A stretch of DNA of 64,000 nucleotides, taken from a virus. This document shows, piece after piece, positions 28,803 to 38,452 of this stretch (positions within the stretch are counted from its first letter, which is position 1; each line of letters opens with the position of its first letter). Below the pieces are notes generated by a model that was not told where the DNA came from, did not search any database, and saw nothing but the letters and a program-made list of their open reading frames with translations. Made by a program: the position numbers and the translations under genes. The stretch is from positions 9,308 to 73,307 of IMG/VR virus record IMGVR_UViG_3300020442_001467. One strand, 5' to 3'.

Positions 28803-28991
28803 ATGGATAATGCACAGTTGCGAGCTGAATTTGAAAAGCAGTTTGCAGACTATGATCTGAAAATCAGAAGAGGTGAAGAAGAACTTGCCAAGTTGCGTGA
28901 ATATCGCACTAAACTAGAAGGCGGTTTGGAAGCACTTAACCTACTAGAAAAGGATACCGATGGCAGCGATACCAGTCAACATACTGATTGA
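28803..28991 (+). CDS. small coiled-coil hypothetical protein
   Basis: Heptad pattern with KLEGGLEALNLL; fits the operon. Confidence 0.7.
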   Translation: MDNAQLRAEFEKQFADYDLKIRRGEEELAKLREYRTKLEGGLEALNLLEKDTDGSDTSQHTD

Positions 28992-29292
28992 TAAAGGAGC
29001 AGACTTTGCCGTCACCTTCTTCATCACTAATAAAGACGGAACCCCACTAAACATGTCGGGGTATACTGGTGCTGCAGCGATGAAGAAGAGTTATTCTGCA
29101 ACTACTTCAGTCCCATTTACTCTAGATTTTGTCAACAGAACTACAGGGGAAATTGCTCTGACACTAACAGACACCGAGACCCTGGCATTAGATCGTAGAA
29201 GATATGTCTATGACATTGTTCTCACAGATCCTAACGGATACAAGACCAGAGTAATTATGGGCAATGCCGAAGTAAGTCCTGGAGTTTCCTGA
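28960..29292 (+). CDS. virion structural protein (Ig-like/BppU-like adaptor)
   Basis: NILIDKGADF...PLNMSGYT...GEIALTLT..ET..L..RRYVYDIVL pattern; AAGGA upstream. Confidence 0.65.
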   Translation: MAAIPVNILIDKGADFAVTFFITNKDGTPLNMSGYTGAAAMKKSYSATTSVPFTLDFVNRTTGEIALTLTDTETLALDRRRYVYDIVLTDPNGYKTRVIMGNAEVSPGVS

Positions 29293-30011
29293 TGGCACAG
29301 TATAACGTCAGGGTTGGTAATAATGCATATCGTGTTGGTAAGCAGTTGCCAGCGCAACATAAACTTGACGTAAACTACCAGATTCCGTCAAAGTCAGTAC
29401 AAAATTCAAATCTTCTGATTGAATCACTGGCATCACAGTTTGATGGAACACAAGACACATTCAATCTGCTCGTTAACGGAGAACCTTATACTCCACTTAA
29501 CGAAGAACAAATCATGATTTCTGTTGGGGACGTTGTTCTGTCACCAGGAGTTGACTACATTGTATCTAACGACCAGATTGTTTTTAGTACGCCACCATCT
29601 GCTGGTGTGCAATTCTTTGGAGTAGCATATGCTACTACAGCAGATTTAACCAGAACTCTTAACTATGTCATAGACAGTGGTTCTTTCCCCATGGGGAATG
29701 GTCCAAAAGGAACCATGACCGTTGACGTTACTGGAACTATCGAATCTTGGACCATCCTTGCTGATAGCGAGGGCAACATCGAAGTTGATATCGAGAAGTG
29801 CAGTTTTGCTGACTTCCCCAACTTTCAGTCTATTTGTGGCACTGAACGTCCTACCTTGGGATCCATAAATAACTTCACGGCTAGAAAAAACAAAGACGAC
29901 AGTCTGTCCACCTGGAACACTACAGTGAACGCAGGAGACATTTTTCAGTTTAAGGTGAATTATTCGATCAATATTTCACGATGCATGGTCTCATTAAAAC
30001 TGAAACTATAA
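29292..30011 (+). CDS. virion structural protein
   Basis: SQFDGTQDTFNL...ISVGDVVLSPGVDYIV module, also seen in gp7; TGATG coupling. Confidence 0.7.
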   Translation: MAQYNVRVGNNAYRVGKQLPAQHKLDVNYQIPSKSVQNSNLLIESLASQFDGTQDTFNLLVNGEPYTPLNEEQIMISVGDVVLSPGVDYIVSNDQIVFSTPPSAGVQFFGVAYATTADLTRTLNYVIDSGSFPMGNGPKGTMTVDVTGTIESWTILADSEGNIEVDIEKCSFADFPNFQSICGTERPTLGSINNFTARKNKDDSLSTWNTTVNAGDIFQFKVNYSINISRCMVSLKLKL

Positions 30012-30029
30012 ATAGTAACGATATAAATA
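30007..30029 (+). promoter_or_regulatory. two late promoters (TATAAATA at 30007-30014 and 30022-30029)
   Basis: Exact consensus twice, upstream of ATG 30064 with GGAG RBS. Confidence 0.8.
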
Positions 30030-30063
30030 AATTTACACCGAGAGATAAACACGGAGAGTTTAC

Positions 30064-31491
30064 ATGGCACTGCTAGTAACCGACAACGGTGAAATTGATT
30101 CTCTGCGTAATCTGCTGAATTATAATCAGGAGATTCCCAGGAACCTAATTCTTAAGTTGTTCACCACCAATACGTATCCTGCTGAAAGTGATACACCTTC
30201 CCAAACCAGATATTATGAGCCTTACACCAACAACAATACGTTGGGTTATGGTTCTGCACCTGTAACTGGTTACCACCAAATTGAAAACAACAGAACTGAT
30301 CAGAACTACTCTAACCAGTATGGCATTCTGTTGAACGGCAACCGTTGGACGATTGAAACCCTACAAGCTGCTGCAGTTGCTGCTGTACAAGGTAGTGGTA
30401 CACAAGACGAATATACCATCACTGTTGCTGCTAACACTGGTATCAAAAAAGGCGACTATGTAACTGGCGGCGACGTTGGTACTGGTGCATATGTCGTTGA
30501 CATCGACGGTCTAACTCTCCTCTTAAGCGTCAAGAATACTGGTACATTCTCCAACCAAAACCTAGACTTTGGTGCTGGTAGAACAACCGCTTCTTATCCA
30601 GAGCAAACCTTCACCTTCAGTGGCGCTGCTGGTGACGTTTATGGTTACATGCTTGTTCGTGCCAACAACATGCCTACCACTATTCATGGTGTAGCAGACG
30701 CTGCTACAGCATCCGCTGGAACAACTATCAGTAAGACTGGTGTTCGTGGTACTATCGGCAATGACTACATCGTCCTTGCTGCTGTTTCTAACACTACCAC
30801 CATCACTGGTACTTCTGGTGAATTTGAGGTAACTGTTGGTGCTACTTCGGGTCTTGCAGTTGGTCAGAGACTAACTGGTACTGGCGTTGCTGCTGGTGCA
30901 AGAATTGCTGGTATCGCAGGAACCACTGTTTATCTAGACAAAGCACTCACTGGTGCTGCTTCTGGCAACGGTGTATTCCAAGCAGAAGTCGGTGAAGATC
31001 TAACCGTGGGCATGGCAGTTTCCCAGACTGGTACTGCTGGTGTTGTCGGTGGTGCTCCTAACGGCATCGACGCTGCAACCATTATCACTGGTATCGATCA
31101 CGTCACTTATGACGATAATGGTTCTGAACTGCTAGGACAAGTTACTGTCTACCTGAACAACGTACTGATTGACAACATTCAGCCTTCTAACAACAATGAC
31201 GAGGTTGAGTTTGACTTCAGCAAGGTAACCGCAACTGCACACGGTCTTGTCAAAGGCGATGCAGTCTACATCGACCAGGGTACTGGCAACAGCACCACAA
31301 CTCCTGGCACATACACCGTATTCGATGTACTCGATGCCAACACCTTCACTACAACCAAGGCACTAGATGGCACTGGTGATCTAACACTTTACAGCGCAAT
31401 CTTCTTCGCTGAAAGATTCACCAATGGTCCATACGCGATTCAAAACGCTGGTGACCAAATCAAAGTCACCCTGAACGTCAGCCTCGACTGA
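30064..31491 (+). CDS. virion structural protein (Thr/Gly/Ala-rich, probably abundant)
   Basis: Double late promoter and terminator; C-terminal AERFTNGPYAIQNAGDQIKVT motif. Confidence 0.75.
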   Translation: MALLVTDNGEIDSLRNLLNYNQEIPRNLILKLFTTNTYPAESDTPSQTRYYEPYTNNNTLGYGSAPVTGYHQIENNRTDQNYSNQYGILLNGNRWTIETLQAAAVAAVQGSGTQDEYTITVAANTGIKKGDYVTGGDVGTGAYVVDIDGLTLLLSVKNTGTFSNQNLDFGAGRTTASYPEQTFTFSGAAGDVYGYMLVRANNMPTTIHGVADAATASAGTTISKTGVRGTIGNDYIVLAAVSNTTTITGTSGEFEVTVGATSGLAVGQRLTGTGVAAGARIAGIAGTTVYLDKALTGAASGNGVFQAEVGEDLTVGMAVSQTGTAGVVGGAPNGIDAATIITGIDHVTYDDNGSELLGQVTVYLNNVLIDNIQPSNNNDEVEFDFSKVTATAHGLVKGDAVYIDQGTGNSTTTPGTYTVFDVLDANTFTTTKALDGTGDLTLYSAIFFAERFTNGPYAIQNAGDQIKVTLNVSLD

Positions 31492-31517
31492 TATTCTGAA
31501 ATTGAGTTCTACATTAT

Positions 31518-31554
31518 GGGGGGATTGCTTCGCTGGCGATCCCCCTATTTTTTT
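31518..31554 (+). terminator. intrinsic (Rho-independent) terminator
   Basis: GGGGGATTGC / GCGATCCCCC stem followed by TATTTTTTT. Confidence 0.85.
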
Positions 31555-31570
31555 AACTTGGCTGTAGTCT

Positions 31571-34500
31571 ATGGTATTCTCCTACGCTGGTACTGGAAGA
31601 ATGCCCCAGTTTGTTGCTGTGAAGGCACTGGGGTTAATTTCGTACAGCTATACATCAGCGATTGAGGAGCAGTTTTTATATCTAGATTTTGGTGCGCTGG
31701 GTCGTGCATACTGGGTAATTGCAGACCACGCAAGTAAAGTAATTGAAGATTACAAAGATGATCAAATAGTTGACTTGGTGGAGTCAGGCGGTCCCCTGAA
31801 CCAAGTTGATTATGGATCTATCACAGAAGTAGAAGCATACGCCACGGATGACTGGGGCGAAATCACAGTCACAGCAAATATTCAGGCAATGGGTCGCACC
31901 CATTTCCACTCGCTCACCACCTGGTCTGTTATCAAGACTTGGGTTGGTTCTGGTACAGTATTCGAGTTCGGCGGATCCAGATACAGACTGGATGCTCCAT
32001 ACATCGTTTCTGGAACACTGTGGGTTGCTGGCAATGCCAACACTCATTATGTACCTGCGATTGCTGCGGAGGGTCTACTACCCCTCCGTAGTGACACTAA
32101 AATTGCTTATGCTCCTAACTGGAACGCATTCGGCACCCTGTTCAGCGGTAGCTTTACTGGAGAGGCTGTCGTCAAGGTATCCCCAGAGGATAGCAAGACA
32201 TTATTTAACGTCCATGGTGATGCTGGTGTCAGCTTCAGACCCAACTGGGTTGGTTCTGGCGTCCTGTTTAACTTCAGCACCACTACCTTCAAACAGACAT
32301 ACGATTATGTCGGTGAAGGAACTCTATTTGGTATCTCTTCTACAGAAGAAAAGGTTGTCTGGGATTACAACAATTCCAGCATCGATTACTTTACCTATGA
32401 GAACTTCGGATCGGTTGCTGAATCACCAATCGAATCCATCACGATTCAGTCGATTGCTAATGAGACAATCCAGAGTCGTGCAAACGAAAGAATTATTGAT
32501 CTAGTTGTAGCTGGATCTACTTCTGGTGCATTCCTAGACTTTGGCAGTATCCTCACTGATGGTGAGCAGACTCCATCTACTGTCGGACTAGATTGGGGTC
32601 ACATTCTCACAAACCAGACGGATTATCCATTCGGTCTGTTCCCAATCAGTGGTACTGCCAAGCAAGTATTTACTCCCAACTTTGTTGGTTCTGGTGGACT
32701 GTTCGCATTCGTCAATGGTCGCGGCAGAACGAAACCCAGATGGATTGCCTTTGTCAACATCGGAATCTTTGGTGCATCGAAGACAAACTTCAGTCTTCTA
32801 CACCAAGGTTCTGGTTCTCTATTCAGCATCAACAATGCAGAAGACAGCAGAGCATACGCTTATAACGGTTCTGGCGCTCTCTATGCCTTCTCTGGTGCCG
32901 CCGAGGCAGTTGGGTTCAACCCACCAGAAGATACCGCTCTACTGCCACTACAGGGCGCTGCGAAGGTGTCCTTCGCCCCCAACTGGGTTGCAGAAGGTAC
33001 AGTCAAGGCAGAAGGCGCAGCAGTCGAGAGACAGACAGATCATTACAAAGGATCTGGAACTCTATTCAACTTCGAGACAGGGATCGAGAAAGTTGCATAT
33101 CACTATAGCAGCACATCCAATGCTATCTTCCAGTATCGCAACTATGGATCTGTTGCTGATCAACCAATTGAATCTATTACGATTCAATCTATTGCTAATG
33201 AGACCATTGAAAGTCGTAAGGACGACAGAATTATTGACCTGGTAGTAGGTGGCACTACTTCTGGATCTTACCTGGATTATGGTCCAATTCTTATCGATGG
33301 CGAGGACGCTCCAGAGACTGTTCGCGAAGACTATGGTTCCATCATGGAATCCATCTCTCGCTACGCAATGGGCGATCTGTTGGTACATGGTACTGCAGCA
33401 GTCAGGAGAGAGTTCTCCTACGTTGGTAAAGGTGATCTGTTTGCCTTCGTCGAGGGTCGTGGTAGAACGAAACCCAGATGGATTGCCAATGTCAATATTG
33501 AGGTCCGTGGCGAGGGTCAAGATGCAGTCGTCAAACGCTTCGTTGGCGATGGTAATCTATTCAACTTCGAGAAAGCAGAAGAAAGGAGAACCTTCGGTTA
33601 CGAAGTTCAAGGAACTCTCTTCACGTCTGGCGAAGCTGCTATCGCATTCGAGAGAGCACCATATCCTGCATATGTCCTCTTCGATGTTACTGGCAACACA
33701 AAAGTTGCATTCGTACCCAACTTCAATGGTTCTGGTGTTGCCAGTATCGATGTCGAGCACGTCGAAAGAACTACATTCAGCGAGGTTGGATCTGGTGTCC
33801 TCTTCGACATGGGCAACCTGGTCGAGAGAAGGACATACCACTACAGTCATACTTCCGACACTATATTCACTCCTCTGGATTATGGTTCGGTTGCTGCCAA
33901 TCCAATCGACTCCATTACGATCCAGTCTATCGCTAATGATACGATTGAAAGTCGTAAGGACCAGAGAATTATTGATCTTGTAACTGGTGGTTCTACCTCT
34001 GGTTCTTACTTCGATTATGGAACTGTCAGTGACTTCTATCCATCTATCACGGATGACTATGAAGGTATCACAGAGACAGTCACCAGATATGCGATGGGTG
34101 GTCCACAAATCAGTGGTGCTGCCGATGTCAACTTCAGACCTGTCTACATTGGTTCTGGAGACATTACTATCAATGTCAGCACTATCATCAGAGTGCTGCC
34201 CAGATGGATTGCCTTTGTACCCATCGAGTTTACAGGTGTTGCAACAGACACCTTCACCAAAGCATACAAAGGTTCTGGTATTCTTCCTCTACCTGTCAGC
34301 ACGACAGATGCAAGAAGCTTTGCATACGAAGGCAAAGGAGAACTATTTGCTATCAACGGTGGGGAAGAAGCAGTCGCATTCGACTACCCACGTCAAGATC
34401 CTGTATTTACAATTACAGGCGAAGCAAAAGTTGCATTCGTACCCAACTTCAATGGTTCTGGTACAGCAACCCTTTCTGGTACACTCGTCGAGAGAGCTGC

Positions 34501-37500
34501 ATTCAATCCTCCTGCGCGTGGAGATCTCTTCAGCTTCAACAATCTCGATGAGCGTAGAACATATCATTACAACTCCAGTTCTATTGATCTACTCAACAGA
34601 ATCAGCTATGGTTCTGTTGCTTCGCCAGTCATTGATTCTTGGGTCATTGCTGACCACGCAACCAAGGTCATTCAGGACTACAGAAATGATAAGATCGTCG
34701 ATCTTGTCGAGGGATCTGGTGGCGACTACTTCGATTATGGATTCCTAGAACAAGAAAATGTTGGTGGTCTTCCCAACATCAATACTCCAGATGCTACCGA
34801 AGATTATCAGTTCATCAGAGATCCAGATCTCGATGCTTCCCGATACCCCTTCGGTCATCTATTCAAGTTCTCTGGTCGTTCTGGTGGAGTCAAGGTTGTC
34901 ATCAATCTGCGTCACATCGCAGTTCTGGACAAACCAACACTCAAGATTTCTGGCGATGTATTCGTCAAACTTCCCAACAAACACGAGGGAAGTGGTGTTC
35001 TATTCAACACTGGTGGTGCAGCAGAGTCTGCAACATTCAGAGAAGTCAAGGACGGTCTATTCGAGTTCGTTGGATTCGCTGCAACCAGAAGAATCCCCAA
35101 CTTCAATGGCAGCGGTACTATCACATTGGATGGTGCATCCAGCAGTGCAGTTGCATTCGCAGGATTCCAAGAGAACACGATTGTTCTTCGCGGTATCTCT
35201 GGCGTCAAGTACACACCATCCTATGCTGGAACTGGTGTTATCTCCACATTGTCTGGTGCTGCCGAGGCAGTTACAGCAAGTCCAGACGATCTCATTGGTC
35301 TGTTCGACTTTGTTGGAACGGCAACAGAAAAAGCAACAGCAGCATACACTGGTTCTGGTTCACTGTTTGCATTGTCTGGCGCAGTCGAGGCAGTTGCTGT
35401 TGCAGAAGAGAAGAGAAATCTTATCAAGATCAGCGGCAACGCTGGCGAGAGATTCATCCCGAACTTCAATGGTTCTGGTGCTCTATCTGTACTATCTGGC
35501 GCAGCAGAATCCAGAACAGCAAGTCCAGACGATCTGTTCACTCTGTTCGACTTTACTGGTCGTGGCACGGTCAGGGCAACTATTGCCGAATCTGGATTCG
35601 CTCTTCTCTCTGTATCTGGCACAACAGAACCAGAGGTCCTCACGTTTGCAGAGCAACCATTTGGTACTGCTACGATCAGTGGCAATGCTGGAGAGAGATT
35701 TGTTCCCAACTGGGTTGGTTCTGGTACTATCGCAACCTTGTCGGGTGCAGCAGAATCTGCAACATTCAATCCTCTGGAGAGACAGCTTCTGTTCTCCATG
35801 GGTGGCGTTGCTACAGAAGCATTTGCTGCAGCACCCACAATCAAGGGAGCAGAGATCAAACTCTCTGGAACCACCGCTCCAGAAATTCGCACATTTGCAG
35901 AGCAACCATTCGGGGTTATTCCTGTCAGTGGTATTGCAGAAGTCATCAACGTCGATGTATATCTGGCAGAAGGTACTCTGTTCTCTGGTGGATTCACTTC
36001 AGAATCTGTCACGTTCAAGATTCCTCCAGTCAGAGATGGAGACATTCTCTTCCGTGGTTCTGCAGTCGAGGCAGTTGGATTCAATCCACCAGAAGAAACT
36101 GCACATCTTCTCCTTTCTGGAGAGGTTGTCATTCCTCTTCGCACATTCGCAGAGCAACCAACCGTTCGTGTTGCTATCAGCGGTGTTGCAATCGAGAAGA
36201 ACACCGAAGTATATGTTGGAACTGGTGCTATCTTCTCCAACGGATTCACCTCCGAATCTGTCACCAGAAAACTCCCAGAGTTCACAGCACACCTCAATGT
36301 TACTGGTCTCGCAGAAGAGAGAGCAACATTCAGAGAGATCTTCTTTGGTTCCCTCTTCAAGTTCAGAGGATCTGCAGGTCGCGCACTCCTCACGTTTGCA
36401 GAGCAACCACAGACTCTATCCAAGATTAGTGGTGTTGCTGCTACCACCAGAGCAAGAGACTTCGTTGGCGAAGGCAACATTGCAACTCTTTCTGGTGCTG
36501 CCGAGGCAGTCACTTTCAATCCTCTGGAAAGAGATCTGCTCTTCGATGTTACTGGCATCGCTGCAGAAAGAAGAACAAATGTATTTGTTGGTTCTGGTCA
36601 AATCAAGGTCTACCCAGAAGCAGCAGACATCAGATTCATCCCCAACTGGAATGCAGAAGGTGTCATTCCTGTCAGTGGTACTGCGGTCGAACGGGTTGCA
36701 AGAGACGAGGTTGTTCAGGTCAACATCGGAACATTCTCTGGTGCAGCAGAGTCTGTCACCTTCAATCCACTCGAAAAAGATATGCTGTTCTCTGTTGGAG
36801 GCAGAGCAGCATACAGAACTTCTGTATCGGAAGTCAAACTTGCCAACGCAAGACTCTTCGCAGACGACAACAACGGAGCAACTACCAGGATACACGTTGG
36901 TTCTGGAACAGCAACTCTATCTGGTGCTGGTCGTATTGTCATTACTCTCTCCTTCGTTGGAGACATCAGAATTGGTACATTCTCTGGTGCAGCAGAAGCA
37001 GTCACCTTCAATCCACTGGAGAAGGATCTACTATTCTCTGCATCTGGTATTGCATCCCTACGTTCCACTCGCGCTTACTCTGGAACTGGTTCTCTCTTTG
37101 CAGTCAACGGTGCAGCAGAATCCAGAACTGTTGTTCCACCAGCAGATGGTCTGTATGCAATCAATGGCGAAGCGAAGATTGTTATTACAGTCTCCCACAT
37201 TGGCGATGGCAATCTCTTCAGTTTCGTCAAGGGTGCAGAAAGCTTTACTTACGATTACGTTGGGGAGCAAGTTCTCTTCAATCTATCTGGCGAAGCAGTC
37301 GAGAGAATTACCAATGCAGAATCTGGATTTGGTTCTATCTTCTCCATCGGTGGTGCTGCAGAAAGAGTTGCCTTTGTACCAAGTCTGCTTGCAGATGTCA
37401 ACATTGCTGGTCGTGCAGCAACTCCAAGATCCAGAGTATTCACTGGTTCTGGAGACCTATATGCATTCGACGGTGCAGCAGAGTCCAGAACAATTGCTTA

Positions 37501-37957
37501 CGAGAACGTCGCAATCTTCGACTTCCTCGGTCAGGTCAAACCTGCTATCACCAAGGCATATGTTGGCGAAGCAGAGATCGAAGTTTCTGGAGCAGCGGCA
37601 GTTGCATTCGTCAGAGCACCTTATCCTGGTCAAGCAGACGCTCAACTGTCTGGCACAGCAACAGAGAGCACAACTGTCAACCCACCAGAAGACGGCACAG
37701 AGATTGCAACCTCTGGCGAGGCAAAGGTTCTTCGCTCCTTCGGTTACGAAGGATCTGGTCAACTCAAAGTACACGGCGATACCATTATTGGTATTTCTCT
37801 CCGTATCTTTGGTACTGGATCTATCAAGGTCGATGTTCGCACGAGATACTTCCCACTACTCCAGCACACACCAGATGTTCACATCTACATCGCTGGCAGC
37901 GCAGCAACTGTCAAGATCGATGTTGCTCCACCACGTACCTATGGATGGATTATTTAA
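31571..37957 (+). CDS. 2128-aa repeat-rich putative virion/fibre protein
   Basis: Dozens of ~20-aa GSG-x-L/F...GAAE repeats interrupted by YGSVA..PI.SITIQSIAN.TI.SR...RIIDLV modules; structural-gene context. Confidence 0.75.
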   Translation: MVFSYAGTGRMPQFVAVKALGLISYSYTSAIEEQFLYLDFGALGRAYWVIADHASKVIEDYKDDQIVDLVESGGPLNQVDYGSITEVEAYATDDWGEITVTANIQAMGRTHFHSLTTWSVIKTWVGSGTVFEFGGSRYRLDAPYIVSGTLWVAGNANTHYVPAIAAEGLLPLRSDTKIAYAPNWNAFGTLFSGSFTGEAVVKVSPEDSKTLFNVHGDAGVSFRPNWVGSGVLFNFSTTTFKQTYDYVGEGTLFGISSTEEKVVWDYNNSSIDYFTYENFGSVAESPIESITIQSIANETIQSRANERIIDLVVAGSTSGAFLDFGSILTDGEQTPSTVGLDWGHILTNQTDYPFGLFPISGTAKQVFTPNFVGSGGLFAFVNGRGRTKPRWIAFVNIGIFGASKTNFSLLHQGSGSLFSINNAEDSRAYAYNGSGALYAFSGAAEAVGFNPPEDTALLPLQGAAKVSFAPNWVAEGTVKAEGAAVERQTDHYKGSGTLFNFETGIEKVAYHYSSTSNAIFQYRNYGSVADQPIESITIQSIANETIESRKDDRIIDLVVGGTTSGSYLDYGPILIDGEDAPETVREDYGSIMESISRYAMGDLLVHGTAAVRREFSYVGKGDLFAFVEGRGRTKPRWIANVNIEVRGEGQDAVVKRFVGDGNLFNFEKAEERRTFGYEVQGTLFTSGEAAIAFERAPYPAYVLFDVTGNTKVAFVPNFNGSGVASIDVEHVERTTFSEVGSGVLFDMGNLVERRTYHYSHTSDTIFTPLDYGSVAANPIDSITIQSIANDTIESRKDQRIIDLVTGGSTSGSYFDYGTVSDFYPSITDDYEGITETVTRYAMGGPQISGAADVNFRPVYIGSGDITINVSTIIRVLPRWIAFVPIEFTGVATDTFTKAYKGSGILPLPVSTTDARSFAYEGKGELFAINGGEEAVAFDYPRQDPVFTITGEAKVAFVPNFNGSGTATLSGTLVERAAFNPPARGDLFSFNNLDERRTYHYNSSSIDLLNRISYGSVASPVIDSWVIADHATKVIQDYRNDKIVDLVEGSGGDYFDYGFLEQENVGGLPNINTPDATEDYQFIRDPDLDASRYPFGHLFKFSGRSGGVKVVINLRHIAVLDKPTLKISGDVFVKLPNKHEGSGVLFNTGGAAESATFREVKDGLFEFVGFAATRRIPNFNGSGTITLDGASSSAVAFAGFQENTIVLRGISGVKYTPSYAGTGVISTLSGAAEAVTASPDDLIGLFDFVGTATEKATAAYTGSGSLFALSGAVEAVAVAEEKRNLIKISGNAGERFIPNFNGSGALSVLSGAAESRTASPDDLFTLFDFTGRGTVRATIAESGFALLSVSGTTEPEVLTFAEQPFGTATISGNAGERFVPNWVGSGTIATLSGAAESATFNPLERQLLFSMGGVATEAFAAAPTIKGAEIKLSGTTAPEIRTFAEQPFGVIPVSGIAEVINVDVYLAEGTLFSGGFTSESVTFKIPPVRDGDILFRGSAVEAVGFNPPEETAHLLLSGEVVIPLRTFAEQPTVRVAISGVAIEKNTEVYVGTGAIFSNGFTSESVTRKLPEFTAHLNVTGLAEERATFREIFFGSLFKFRGSAGRALLTFAEQPQTLSKISGVAATTRARDFVGEGNIATLSGAAEAVTFNPLERDLLFDVTGIAAERRTNVFVGSGQIKVYPEAADIRFIPNWNAEGVIPVSGTAVERVARDEVVQVNIGTFSGAAESVTFNPLEKDMLFSVGGRAAYRTSVSEVKLANARLFADDNNGATTRIHVGSGTATLSGAGRIVITLSFVGDIRIGTFSGAAEAVTFNPLEKDLLFSASGIASLRSTRAYSGTGSLFAVNGAAESRTVVPPADGLYAINGEAKIVITVSHIGDGNLFSFVKGAESFTYDYVGEQVLFNLSGEAVERITNAESGFGSIFSIGGAAERVAFVPSLLADVNIAGRAATPRSRVFTGSGDLYAFDGAAESRTIAYENVAIFDFLGQVKPAITKAYVGEAEIEVSGAAAVAFVRAPYPGQADAQLSGTATESTTVNPPEDGTEIATSGEAKVLRSFGYEGSGQLKVHGDTIIGISLRIFGTGSIKVDVRTRYFPLLQHTPDVHIYIAGSAATVKIDVAPPRTYGWII
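33699..34462 (+). repeat. exact 38-nt direct repeat (33699-33736 and 34425-34462) inside the 2128-aa gene
   Basis: CAAAAGTTGCATTCGTACCCAACTTCAATGGTTCTGGT present twice. Confidence 0.9.
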
Positions 37958-37960
37958 TAG

Positions 37961-37968
37961 TATAAATA
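37961..37968 (+). promoter_or_regulatory. late promoter TATAAATA
   Basis: Exact consensus 26 nt upstream of ATG 37994. Confidence 0.85.
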
Positions 37969-37993
37969 ACATTGGTATCCTAAATTAATTTTA

Positions 37994-38452
37994 ATGACTA
38001 CCCAGGTACAGTTTAGAAGAGGTACTACTGCTGAACATGCTCACTTCGCGGGAGCGCAGGGTGAGTTGACTATTGATACTGATAAGAATATGGCGGTTGT
38101 CCATGATGGACAAACGAATGGTGGATTTGACGTTTTTCGTGCTCGGTGGGAGTATCTAAATCAAAGTGTCACACTTGGCACCAGTCTTCGTTATCTCGTA
38201 GACTCGTCTGGAGGACCACTTACGTTAACTCTACCACTATATAATAATCAGTTGGTTCCCAAAGCAGGGGACACCTTGGAGTTCATTGATATTAATTTTA
38301 CGTGGGATACAAATAATGTAACAATCGTCGATCCAATTGGAAGAGAATTTCAAAACACTTTTGGAGTTATTTCCAGTCCTTTAGTATTCGACTTGAAAGG
38401 AGCGAGAGTGCAACTAATTTGGGACGGTAACTACTGGAGGGTAATTGTATGA
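37994..38452 (+). CDS. fibre-associated protein with Mtd-N-like N-terminus
   Basis: QVQFRRGTTAEH..F.GAQGELTIDTD...VVHDG motif, then a DSSGGPLTLTLP...GD.LEFID fibre domain. Confidence 0.7.
   Translation: MTTQVQFRRGTTAEHAHFAGAQGELTIDTDKNMAVVHDGQTNGGFDVFRARWEYLNQSVTLGTSLRYLVDSSGGPLTLTLPLYNNQLVPKAGDTLEFIDINFTWDTNNVTIVDPIGREFQNTFGVISSPLVFDLKGARVQLIWDGNYWRVIV

Noticed and set aside
35221-36558. 445-aa antisense ORF and neighbouring minus-strand ORFs
   Set aside because: Stops in that register need sense Tyr/His/Gln codons in particular contexts, which are rare in this protein. Similar shadows occur under other genes.
34758-37988. 1076-aa +1-frame ORF as a stand-alone annotated gene
   Set aside because: Its Leu/Ser/Gln/Val-rich sequence looks like a frame shadow, with no motif or clear RBS. 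Not called as a CDS, but its openness is reported as the top finding.
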